From Fimbriosthenelais zetlandica (lineage: Eukaryota), in the NCBI GenBank assembly GCA_977030845.1, contig OZ365112.1, forward strand, positions 35,216,001-35,280,000: 64,000 bases of DNA, written 5' to 3'. This document shows, one piece after another, positions 50,461 through 62,530 of this stretch. The stretch's first letter is position 1; every line of letters begins with the position of its first letter. A program made the translations under genes and the position numbers. Below the pieces are notes generated by a model, which worked only from the letters and a program-made list of their open reading frames with translations, ran no database searches and was not told the DNA's origin.

Positions 50461-51876
50461 TAGCAATACCTCCTCCAGTTGTGCCCTTAAGCATGAATTG
50501 TACTGTATAAAATAGAACTGTTATAAATCACTGTTTTGCAACAGTGATTTATAACCACGCTAGGCCTACTGTAGGATTACATAGCATAGCGGTATTGGCA
50601 TGTCTCATATAATCATCAGATGATTAGAACTACCGGTACCGGTATGTTTTAAAGTAAATATTGATGGGGAAACCCAATTTTTTTTTACTAGGCCTGCATG
50701 TAGGCTCAACATGTTTATGATGTTAACAAAAAACTCGTACAGAAAAGGCAGCATTGCGGTTATGGTATGCCAGTATTATTTTGCTATTAGGCCTATATAG
50801 GGAAATTGAGACACAATATATACTGATGTTATGACTAATCCTATCGAACCCTTGCTATATTTTAGGTATTGTCTTATTGATCAAAGATTTATCTATAAAT
50901 TTGTCAATAAAATGTGTCAATAAAATTTAAAATCTTTCACACTTTTGCAACAATTCGACTTTTGAAAGTTCTTGGCTTCAGAATTACTATCTTTGTGTGT
51001 GAGGAGGGCAGTTAGGCCTACATTTGTTTAAGCGTGTGTTGAGTTAGGTAGGCCTACTTTAGTTCAAACTTTATCCATCCATGGCACTACCGAAGGCCCC
51101 AGGGCCCAATGCGTGATTTATGTATTGGAAAAGAAGGATCCAAATGTATAGTTAGTGGAGACCAACAGACATACTCAATCATGAAAAATCTCATAAATAA
51201 ATACCCTGATATTTATCATGGATTATTCCCATGCCAGGAGATTGGCACTTGTTAAAACTTGCCGCAGAAACAACAAGAGAACGATATGGGACGGAGGGTT
51301 ACATGACCTTGGCAAAATATGTGGTCACCACAAAGAAATTAATCAGTGGAGACACATCAACAATATACTAATAGGCCTTCACATAGCTCTTCTAATGGAT
51401 CTTCTAACCATTGTTCCGGCGGCAGATCTATCCCTGCCAGTGCTGGCTCCCTCCCTTTTGGAAGAGGTGTTGGGGCGGGGGGGCTTATGTGAGTACTTGG
51501 GAGTTCTTGAACGACCCCTTAATGACCACATGATGGGCGGGGGGTTCGGGGGGGGGGGGGGAGCCCCTGCTGCAGCTAGGGCAGCAGTCAGCCTTCCCCG
51601 AGGGATTTGACGCGGTGGGCCAGCTGGACAAGCACCAGAGTGTGTGTGTGACTGCAGGAGCGTGAGTAGGAGCGTGAGTAGGAGCGTGAGTAGGGAGTAG
51701 GGAGGCAGCATGGAGTGCCGCCCCTTGATGTACATGTATATGTAATTTAAGTAGTAGAACCCAGAGCTGTGTTGAGTTCATATCGACTCCTCTCCTCCTC
51801 ACCCCTAACGGCAGGGATAAGATCCCCAGTATAACATATTGGTGGAGAACCTAGGCATCCTAGTAAACGTCTAAAT

Positions 51877-53748
51877 TTGGGGATCTTTATAATATTGGAT
51901 ATTCCGTGTGGGTGCACTCTTGAACTGGGGGCCGCGACCTTACATGCCCAGGGGTGTCCCTGTGACTCACAGGGTGATAATTATGTCATAAATGTCCATA
52001 CTGGCTTCAACCTGCCACTGGCTATGGCGTTTCATTTATCAATACCGGAGTATCATGGGGCAACCATGCATGATGCTTTGATCCACCTACACATCCCTAC
52101 AGTCCAGCAAATTCACAAGACCATCCAGTTATTACCCCCTGATTTAATAAGGAACGGCTTAAACATAAAAACTGTAGCTGAACACGTCCAAAAAACGGAT
52201 AGTAGTGAGTTAACAGCATGGGATAATTTGCATGTAAAACCCATTGGTACGAACTCGTCGCATACCCTTGGCGTTGTGGCTTTGATTTTGTCGATGATAA
52301 CATTAGCGTTTGCCCTTTATTTGTTTTACAGGGTGCATGTCCTGACGAGTGTGCTTTTGATGGCCCGTACAAGTTTTTCGTATGATATTAAAAACCTCAA
52401 CCTTACCCCCATCAATATACCATGGACTGTTGGGCCTGTTGTGCAGCCCTCACTATCGACAGAAACCCCTTTCAAAACCCTCCATAGAACCACTCTTGAT
52501 TGGGTTCCATTTATTATCATGGTGGCGGTGGCTGGAGCAATACTGTGGTGCTGCTGGAAGAAGCTAAGGGGCATTGGCCGTTGGTGCCAGTGTGGTTCTG
52601 TAGAAGACATCGACGCCTCATGGATTGTTCTGAAGTTGCAGAGGCGGCGACAAGTCGTTACAATTCGACTTCTGCAATTGGCTTACGAAATACATGCTAT
52701 GGAAGTGCCACCTGCACCGGGCCTCGAGTCCATAGGGCTCACCTTTGGGTGGTGCAGGTGCATGTGCAGGCCAGTATTACATCTCGGCTGGCGAGGAGAT
52801 CTGGCCATACGAGTATATGGTGTATTTCATTTGTCAGTACCGGAATATCATGGAGCAACCATGCATGCCGCTTTAATCCACTTGCACATCCCTACCGTCC
52901 AACAGATACATAAAACCATTCAGATGTTACCCCCAGATTTGATAAGGAATGGATTAGACATCAAGACAATAGCAGAACACGTACGGAAAACAGATAGTAG
53001 TGAAATGACAGCGTGGGAAGATTTGCATGTTAAACCCATTGGAACTAACTCATCACATACCCTTGGCGTTGTGTCTTTGATTTTGACATTAATAACCTTA
53101 GTTTTTGCCCTATATTTGTTTTACAGGGTGCATGGCCTTACAAGTGTCCTCTTAATGGCACGTACCAGTTTTTCATATGACATTAGACACCTAAACCTGA
53201 CCCCCATCAATGTACCGTGGACTGTTGGGCCTGTTGTGCAGCCCTCAACGGAGACTCCATTTAAAAACCTGCATAAAACCACCCTTGATTGGGTTCCGTT
53301 TGTCATTACGGTGGCGGTGGCTGGCACGGTACTATGGTCTTGCTGGAAAAGAACGAGAGGCATTGGCCGTTGGTGCCGGTGCGAGGCATCATTGTCCTCT
53401 GTGGAGGACAATGATGCCTCGTGGATCGTCCTCAAGTTACAAAGAAGGCGACTGGTTGTTACCATTAGACTGATGCAGTTGGCATATGAGGTCCATGCGA
53501 TGGAGGTGCCCGTCCTGCATCTCTGCTGGCAAGGGGATCTCGCCATATGAGTGTATGGTGTCCAACGACGAATCTCGCTCCCGTCGAGGGTTGTGGTTCC
53601 TTTTGCCAAGGTCAGCAAGTTGACAAAGGCCTGTGGGGACGGCCAGACCGTCTTGGTCCTGACGGTGGTGCCACCTCAAGGGGGACATCACCAGCTGGCC
53701 TGGGCATCCCCTTATACTGGACAGATTCCATTCACGGAATTCCAGTGA
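51877..53748 (+). mobile_element. Env C-terminal half as two diverged in-frame copies
   Basis: 557-aa track ORF with an internal repeat; continues in frame past TGA 53548-53550 (CGA in the first copy) to 53748. Confidence 0.85.
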
Positions 53749-54030
53749 GTTATCATTTCCGTTTTGATAATGATTGGCGGTGCCTAAAGGTTGATATACC
53801 TTTCCAGGGTAAGTAATGCTGGTGTATATTATGGTTTAGGCATCAAGACAAGGGACAGGGTCTATTGATTGAAAATAGTGTACCGTATTTCCATTGTTAT
53901 ATTTAACAGTTATATTATGTATATATGCATTGCTTTCTGCATATATATGTTCTATTTATTTCTTATGATTTCCCTTCTTAGACTCGATGATGTGGTCGTT
54001 GACCCCCCTCATCCTCGAGCCTCCCATGGT

Positions 54031-54700
54031 GAGGGGGAGTGTAACGATATCGAGATGTAATGTACCTGCAGTGTTGAGCCAGGGACAACTGGCGTGTGAA
54101 CTCAGCTTATATAAGTATAATATGTAATGTAAATTCGATATAGCGGGAACGATTGACTTTTAAATACCAGTACTGCACATATATTGTTATATTATTCTGG
54201 TAGATTAGTTGTGGTAGATTAGATACACATTATATTCATTTGAACTTATGTATTAATAGATCGATGGGACGGTGGACCGGGGTGCCCCTCCAACTTGTGT
54301 CCTCCTACTAATACAGGTTGCCTGCAGTACGATAATTAAAGTAAAGTAAATTAAAGTAAAGTATAAAGAAGTAAGTTAGTATTGCAGGCCTAAGTAGAGG
54401 TGTAATAATGAAAATTAAGTAGTGGCCCTTTTCCAAAGTAGTAATGAAAAAAGAAAAAGGATTACTGCTGCTCCTAAAGTACTGGGAGTGCGTGCACGAA
54501 GGCCAGTCGATCTATATATGTATATTTGTCGGACTTATGATTTGATTATCATTATAATTCATGATTAATGTATTGGGTATAGTTTATCAAGGTCCTTGTC
54601 AAAGCAATATTTATGTTTATAATATCCCCTAATGCTTGATTTTGTGATCTCGGTAGTACCCATATTTTATCGTTTGATATCTTGTGTTTGATACATATGT
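54031..54700 (+). mobile_element. Polypurine tract and 3' LTR of the 51877 element
   Basis: GAGGGGGAG (54031-54039) immediately followed by TGTAACGATATCG. The LTR end is uncertain. Confidence 0.7.
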
Positions 54701-54904
54701 ATATATATATATGTATATATACCGGAACCTCTGGTCAGATTATATTTATGTTACAAAATTAACAAACCAAAAAAAAATAATAAAACCAGAAAACGGGAAC
54801 TCCTATGTTTAATAAACACTTTAGGCCATTTGCAAAATTCATGACAAACCCGAGGTTTTGTCATCATAAAGAAAGGGGGAGTAATGTTATTAATGTAATA
54901 CTGC

Positions 54905-55160
54905 TTGCTCATTCCACACAGCAACAGCTATTGTGAAACTGCTGTCAGCATAGTCAAGAAAATTCAGACTGATGTGAGGAGTCAGCTTGGAAAACAGAAG
55001 GGAGGTCACTCAAACACTAGTGTGTATACTGTCCACCAAGGAGATGTAAGAAACAAACTGTGTGGTTTGCTGGTTGCAAAAATGTCTTTGTAAAAAAAGC
55101 ATGTCAATGATGTCACACATACAAACCAAGCCTATCAGTGTTAACCAAAGCAAAAAAAAC
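54905..55160 (+). mobile_element. hAT-type transposase C-terminal (dimerisation-like) fragment
   Basis: LIPHSNSYCETAVSIVKKIQTDVRSQL resembles the L.LPHSNA.CER.FS.V....TD.RS.L motif. Confidence 0.6.
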
Positions 55161-55389
55161 GCAACTTATGGTCCTTCGTGAGGCAGAGCTCATTTTCTGA
55201 ATAATGTCAAGTCAAGTACTGTACAAGAACCAGTTTGAGTTTCTAAGAACTTGTTAACTTGTCCTTACTGGTCGGCCGTTCTTGGGGGCGGGGGGGGGGG
55301 GGGGGGTAGGTGGGAGGTGGGAGGTAGTTTTTTAATATAACTACCAACACTGGCTACAAATAAGTTCAATAAACCAGTCACAGAAGACC

Positions 55390-56280
55390 TATAGATACTG
55401 AAAGACTAGAACAAGAAAATGTCGACTCTAAGGCCAATTCTCAGTCAATGTTGAGACTGAATCTAGCCTTACTCGCCAAACATGCTGAGACGCTTGAGAA
55501 ACATGCCTTATTCATGGCGAGAACTAATTCACATTGAACCATTAATAAGACTGAACCATTAAGATCAAACCAATAAGGTAGACCTTTTTGAAACTTCTGT
55601 CCATGAATAAATACATGAATGAATGAATGAATGAATGAATGAATGAATGAATGAATGGTGATTTAACTCCATGCCAAAGCCTTATTCATGGCAAGAACTA
55701 ATTCCCATTGAACCATTAAGACTGAACAATTTAGATCAAACCAATAAGGTAGACATTTTTGAAACTTCTGTCCCAAGACAGAAAGAATGAATGAATAAAT
55801 GAATGAATGAATGAATGAATGAATGAACGAATGGTGATTTAACGCCATGCCAAAGCCTTATTGAATGAACGAATGAATGAATGGTGATTTAACGCCATGC
55901 CAAAGCCTTATTCATGGCGAGAACTAATTCCCATTGAAAAATTAAGGCTGAACCATTGACATCAAACCAATAAGGTAGACCTTTTTGAAACTTCTGTCCC
56001 AAGAATGGGGTGACAGTTGCTGTAGACACAGCTCTTCCAATCACAGGAGACTTAAAGACACTAAAAGACTTTGTTCTTTGTTGGCAATAATATATTGACT
56101 CCAACTCCAATTCTCGATACATCTCCAACATACAAAAACTGGCGATCACTTTGTGAGATTCTCCTCACAAGAACTATCCTTTTTAACAAAAGAAGACAGG
56201 GAGAAGTTGAAAACCTTCGAGTGCAAGCCTCCCGAGAACAGGCAAATTAGCAAGAAAGACAGAACAAGGAAATTGAGTCG
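55390..56280 (+). mobile_element. Tyrosine-recombinase-like gene fragment interrupted by a retroposon array
   Basis: LPITGDLKTLKDFV and SLCEILLTRTILFNKRRQGEV (R..E motif of the first catalytic Arg). Confidence 0.55.
55506..56003 (-). repeat. Tandem array of (ATTC)n-tailed retroposon 3' ends, ~3 units plus a fragment
   Basis: (GAAT)n GGTGATTTAAC(G/T)CCATGCCAAAGCCTTATT begins at ~55617, ~55800 and ~55863. Confidence 0.85.
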
Positions 56281-58064
56281 TTGAGCACCCTAGAAAAAGA
56301 ATGATGTCATTTGAATGGAAATGAAATAAAGATTAGAATTAGAATAGCGCTGTTTAGAGTTGACGTTACACATATTAAGCTTCTCAGTAATGAGTAACTT
56401 CTAAAATACAGTCTCAGCTAAAATAAGTGCACGTTCATAATTTAAAATATTATTACCTACTGAAATAGACCTACGCTTGTGTACGAACTCGTGATACATT
56501 GAAAATATTGCATTTAGATAACACTATGTCTTATATCAAAAATGAGGAATAATACAAATGTATTGGTTTCTCCGTATCATGTTGCAACTGGCACCCTCAC
56601 CAGTCATTCTAGAGACTCACTGAAACTGTCTCGGGCTAATATTTATCACACTTTGTATATAATGATAATTATTTCCTTAAATATATCCTTTATATAATAT
56701 TCCATTCACCTGAAATATACCTCTTTTCCTGCATCAAACCTCATGTCCTTCATATCTAATTATTAAATGTCATTGTAACAATGTTTATCTTTTTATAACG
56801 TAACTCATATTAAATGTCATTGTTTATCTTTTTATAACAGAACTCACATTAAGTTATTCTTCACCTCACTTCATATTAGTTTATTATATAGACTTGTACC
56901 TGTTAGAGTATTGATTTGACTTGATTAACTGAAAGACAAATATATTTATACAGAATTTACGTTATATAAACAGGGCCCCTGTTCTCTATCCCACTCCCGT
57001 TGAAATGATACCCATATTGATTAAGGCATGGATGGTTTCTTACCATGTCAGCTCAGAGGAGGAGGTAAGAGACGAGAGAGAGAGAGCCCTCCTGCTCTTT
57101 ATTACAGGCGAACTCGTATGCAAATTTATGTAAATTACTTGACTGGGAGGGAGATGGTCGGGAGTCTAGGATTGACCAGTACCCCTCGCATCATCTCCAT
57201 ATAAAGGCCTGGGAGAGATGGTCAGAGCTCCCAGGAGAAGCAGCCAGGGCAGTGGGGAGTGGGGAGTGGGCAGTGGGGAGTGGGGAGTCTACTAAACAGT
57301 GAGTAGGAGGAGGGAGCAGTCCACCAGACGACCAACTACTCTGAGTTAGTTGTCATGGCAACCATCATCTCCGCTGCCCCCTCTCCCCCTGACTAATCAT
57401 CGAGCTAGCTCTATACACCCTGCCCCATCCCCTGGTCCTACTCCCTGGTCCTCAGTGGGAGACCCCCCCCCCCCCCCCCCCCCAGAAAGTGAGAAACATA
57501 GTTTTAAAACAAATAGGGAGAAGCGGCCGCAATTACAAACATGAAAAATAATTAGAAGAAATTAATCATTAAAAGAAGAATACATGAATTTAAGATTCAA
57601 TTTATATAAATTTTGAAGATTAAACACAGGTCTAACTAGAGGTTTCAGACTATCCCGAACCTATCCACACATACAACAGAAATGGCCATAACATGAGTCA
57701 TGATTTTACAACGTGGTACCAGGGTTTGAGCCCTGCTGAGTGTGTGTGGAAATTGTAAGAAATTTAAAGGAATGGTTTTTCTATTGGTTTACATGCATTC
57801 TCACTCTGCTCTCTACTGCATTATGAATTAGGAGATAGTTACTGATAATTAGTTTATATTTAATTGGATAACTAGTGATAATTAGTTTACATTTACTTCG
57901 ATAATCAGTTTATATTCATTTACACTTTGCTTATAACTTAGAAACTATAGTTGACTTAAGGAGTCCTGCTTAAATATTATAATGTATACATATACATGTA
58001 TATATATGTACATTTTATACAGGTATCTGACAAAATTGGATACATATTTAAAACCTAAATTATG

Positions 58065-58240
58065 CCCTCATGTTGTTTTGCTCCCACGTTACAAGAAGTG
58101 GGGGTTTGTTTGAATCCCATCCACACCTCGCTTCCTCCCAAAATGAGCAGGGTAGGTGTGGGCTTGTACTGACGCACAGCCCATGAACCCTCTCTGGAGC
58201 CATAAAATTCTACCACCTATAAGGGGCTTAATGGCCCCCA
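58065..58240. repeat. Diverged inverted copy of 60260-60433 (LTR-like)
   Basis: CCCTCATGTTGTTTTGCTCCCA...CCCAAAATGAGCAGGG.AGGTGTGGG aligns with the reverse complement of 60260-60433. Confidence 0.75.
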
Positions 58241-59712
58241 TCTGTCAAGGAGCAGGACCACTTCAGCAATGAATTTGGCCCGTTTCAGTAAACTTTTTCC
58301 TCAAGATATTTCAATTTCCTTCAATCTGTGCATGTTCCTTGCTCTACTGCACTCTAGTTGCCCTTCATACATTGTTGGTTAATTCTGTTTTGGTTGGCCT
58401 GAACTTATAATTATATATACCGATACCATACTAATCTACTGGGCCTAAAGTAGACCTATTGTGTAAGTATACCGGCCCCTAATTTTATTATTCTCTGAAA
58501 TTTACCGGTAGGCTTACATTTCCCTGTCTCTAGAGTATGTTTAGGACTATCTCTACAATGTTTATTGTGGATTATATTGTTCACGGCCCACCATCTGCAT
58601 AATTAAAGTTCATTTTGTCCAAACTATGCCTATACCAAATATTTAGTATGGTAAATGAACTTTATAAATGTAATGGTGTGAATTATGTCTGGTCATGGGC
58701 CGGTATGCATTGTTTGGGCCATCCAAGAAATGTTGGAAGTAGGGTTAGTATATTGTAAGCAAATGCTACTGGACTCAGTGAGTCCCTCCAGTGATTGACT
58801 CATGAACTACTCTAATGTGTTTGACCTCAATAAAGCGTCCTCCTCCTTCTCTGGCAGCCATCTTGTCTTGTTCTTAGTTACATGGATTATGTGTCTTTTT
58901 TACATACTCAAGCTCAAAACCCAGACCCCCATAAGCCCCACTTCCATCTGCAACACGTTTTATAAATTCCAAGTTTTTATTACAAATTTCACCAAACTTC
59001 CAAAGAACCATTCTTCATAATGATCAGCTTCATTATACCTAATACCACTGTACCACTAGTCATTGCAGCAATGTTTTGTTGTCGATATTTTATTGTAAAC
59101 CCTGAATTAAAAGTAAAACTTGCCAAAAGTTTGTGAACAATTTTAACACTAGTCCCTATGAGAATTCTATAATAATACCGGTACTAATAGACAACACCAC
59201 AGTCCACGCGTTGCACTGGTCACAACCCTCTAATTTCTTTTTAGCAATATGTGGGGAACTCAAAACAGCGCTATTCACGAGATAAATACCTTATTTAATA
59301 GTAATACATCTTACCTTAGTGAGAGCTGGGTCTTGTCTCTAAACGACGAATAAATTAGTTCTTTCCAGAGGGATTCGGAGATGCAGGCTTCACTCGTCCT
59401 CACTCGGTTACTACTCTCAAAGTGTGATCCTAGTATCTTTGCTACTCTCTACTTCAGAACGAGGCTCGAAAAATGGTAACTCCCACCGACCCGTTACAAC
59501 GCGAGGCCTCGCTGAGCAAACATGGTGAAACATGAAAAATATCAGCTGTGAAAAGTACGCTATTACTATGACAGTTTGGATCTTTTTTCAAAATGTAACT
59601 ATGAATAGTTAAGTTTGGTAGATACATAACATGGGAAATCACTTCTTCCATACTTGCTACAGTTATAATTAGGCTATGCTTCTTCCCAAAGTCTCAGGCC
59701 AGTGTAGTGTGC

Positions 59713-59728
59713 TACCACCTAGTGGCAG
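59713..59728 (-). promoter_or_regulatory. CTCF-like motif
   Basis: Minus strand CTGCCACTAGGTGGTA fits the CCACYAGRTGGY core. Confidence 0.4.
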
Positions 59729-60841
59729 AAGCTGGTAGTAGATCTTAACGGGTCTTTAACATGCCTCGCACTATGTCCAACACTTCTACATAATTTACAG
59801 AATTATAGATTAAAATAAAGTTGCACAAATTCAGAATTTAGTATAGAAAACATTTTATTTCATTCATATTTTCTTTTTTGTAGCTCTACATTAGTCTGGG
59901 TAGCATTCATTTTATCTCCCAATGTCACAGGAAAATAATAAATGTAGAGAGTGGTTTTGAGATATATTGTCACAGTGTATTTCGTAGAGTGGTATTTGCA
60001 GTATACAGTATAAGTATATAGTTCAAGCCGATACAAGACTGGCTACCAACAACTTATGATAATAGTTCAGTGTCACGACCCAACTCTGGCCATCTCCCAC
60101 CACGTGCAGGGTAGTCATTCACCCCTCCACCCTGTCACTACGCATGCTCAATAGATCAGGGAGCATGCGCAGATCAAAAGGAAGTGACGTCCCCAGAGGG
60201 AAAAGTTTACCGAAACGGGCAAACTTCATTGCTGAAGCGGTCCCGCGCCCCCAGAGACGGGGGACATAAAGACCTCTAAAGGTGCTAGAAATTGTATGGC
60301 CCTCTAGAGGGTTCGTGGGCCGCTCTTCGGTGCAAACCCACACCTTCCCTGCTCATTTTGGGATAAAGCCAGGTGTGGATGGAATCCGAACAAAACCCCA
60401 TGTCATAAACATGGGAGCAAAACAACCTGAGGGTTTCAATGCATACATCCAAAACTTGGCATGATATTAAATAGAAAATCGAGATATAATCTTACAAAAA
60501 GGACTCCCGGCAGATATCTGTATATAAGATGTAAATATAATATATAGGCATATACATAAGCAGGATTCCTTATAGATTCCCACAGTTCCCAAGTTATAAT
60601 ATAAGTAAAAATGTAAATAGATGCAACTTAATTATCGAATTAATTGTAAACTAATTAAGCATGTAAACTAATCATCGAACTAATTATCTCCTAATCTATA
60701 ATCACTATACAAAATGGGATATACTCAATAAGCCAAATGGGAATGGATGGAAACTAATATGGGATATAGGGGAATGGATGGAAACTAATAAGATATAGGT
60801 CCATTCCCTTAACTTTCTTACATATGTAAACAGAAAGAAGT

Positions 60842-60912
60842 TGCATCGGCCGGGAATCGAACCCGGGCCGCCCGCGTGGCAGGCGAACATTCTACCACTG
60901 AACCACCGATGC
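60842..60912 (-). tRNA. trnG: tRNA-Gly(GCC)
   Basis: GCATCGGTGGTTCAGTGGTAGAATGTTCGCCTGCCACGCGGGCGGCCCGGGTTCGATTCCCGGCCGATGCA folds as a cloverleaf. It has an extra G-U pair in the anticodon stem and no T4 terminator nearby. Confidence 0.92.
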
Positions 60913-61876
60913 CCACGATATTTCTAGCATAGAGCCTCTATGGCTCTATAGACACGACTTTACATGTAACCAAAGACTATTTGGTACACAGACTAATTTA
61001 ATAGAGGAATGAACATGTAGGCTAGGCCTAGATCAATTTATAGATCAGTTGCGCAAATGAGACCAGTCTCCTGCCTCTTGAACGGATAATTGTTCTAATT
61101 CCAGCGCTTATTGCTGTCTTTAATCGACCTACCGTCCATTGGCGCTTGGCCTCTTCATGGTCTCCCACTTGTAGCAGTGCCGCCACACCGTGGCCGGCAG
61201 CCACAACTCATTGAAAACCTCTGTCCATAAACACTAGGTGGCTGTATTGCATCATAGCCAGACTAGCAATAGGATTATACCAAAAGTCCTGCCCGGGGGC
61301 TCTGTACTTTCTCGATCATTTCTACTAGAATTATTCGTCGTATCGCCACAAGAGTTTGCCAGAAGATGCGTTAAGATCATTGCTATTTGTCCCAGGAATT
61401 CGGTGAGTAGAGAACTCGGATTTATTGGTGCATACTGCTCGAGAATAGGGATCATCATGAGCTGATAGTTTGTAGGACTCATGGCCCTGCTTAATTGGCA
61501 AGCCCTGCCACCATATTTAGCCTGGATTCCGTTTTATTTTTGTACTAGTCATGAGATCATGTGTACCCTTTTAAACTGCTTATTTTTTCGCATGTGGGTG
61601 CAATATGCTTTAGCAAATTTAAATTCTAACCAAAGGCTATTTGCTATAGCCTATATGAGGAATCAACAGTATAGTATAGGCCTGCTTCAACCTAGATCAA
61701 TTTCTCCTTACCTACCACGGGTGATAGGCTAAAATTTGTATTTGTGTAACATTATATTGTACAAAATGAGCTTAATATTTGATAAATTCAGTGCGGGTTA
61801 AGCAAATAAATTATATTGAAATTATAGTCTCAACTTGCAGGGGAAAGACATGTAATGGGAAGATAATGAAAAGAAT

Positions 61877-61948
61877 TAGCAGAGCGTGGTTTCGATCCAC
61901 GGACCTCTGGGTTATGGGCCCAGCACGCTTCCACTGCGCCACTCTGCT
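61877..61948 (-). tRNA. trnM: Initiator tRNA-Met(CAT)
   Basis: AGCAGAGTGGCGCAGTGGAAGCGTGCTGGGCCCATAACCCAGAGGTCCGTGGATCGAAACCACGCTCTGCTA: A1-U72, GGG/CCC anticodon stem, GATCG T-loop, TTTT terminator 4 nt downstream. Confidence 0.97.
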
Positions 61949-62119
61949 TCACTGAGAGGCAGCCGTATTCATGTGAATAAAGCTCCATGAGAACGTTGAT
62001 TGGAGTCGGATTCTTTTACGAAATATATACTGATTTCCACACATAAAACAGCTGGGAACTATACCAAATTTTAGCATCGGTTCTCGTCAGTGTCATTTGG
62101 GTAGGATTTTTTTTGATGT

Positions 62120-62530
62120 TGGTCTTGATGTGGAATGCCCTCCCTGAGGAGATCAAATCACTCGACCCCCATGCCTCCAAAAGGGTACTAAAGCGACACC
62201 TCTCACAAGAAGATCCTAACCAAGGGCAATACTGTTAAAACCAGCCTTGTCCTGTCACCCTCATTCATATTTCCATCCCCATCTCACATACACTCATAAT
62301 CACCCACAAACCATTACCATTAACCCACAATCCATCACTATTCAAAACTTTAACCTTTAATACTAACATCAACCTTTCTACTAACCCACTCAAAGCACCT
62401 CCCTCTCTAGTCTGCACCTAGAAGACAGCAATAGGCAGAATACCATGGAATAGCCACATTCATTGTGCCCCGTGAGCCTACGACCCTTTGTTCGCTGTAT
62501 AAATATCCTAAATAAAAAAAAATTAAAAAA
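62120..62530 (+). mobile_element. 5'-truncated LINE 3' end (CR1/L2-group-like) with A-rich tail
   Basis: WNALPEEIKSLDPHASKRVLKRHL is a typical ORF2 C-terminus; 3' UTR ends in A-runs at ~62510-62532. Confidence 0.75.

Noticed and set aside
51218-51735. 130-aa and 118-aa ORFs
   Set aside because: No recognisable motif; low-complexity G-run and 12-bp repeats account for much of the openness.
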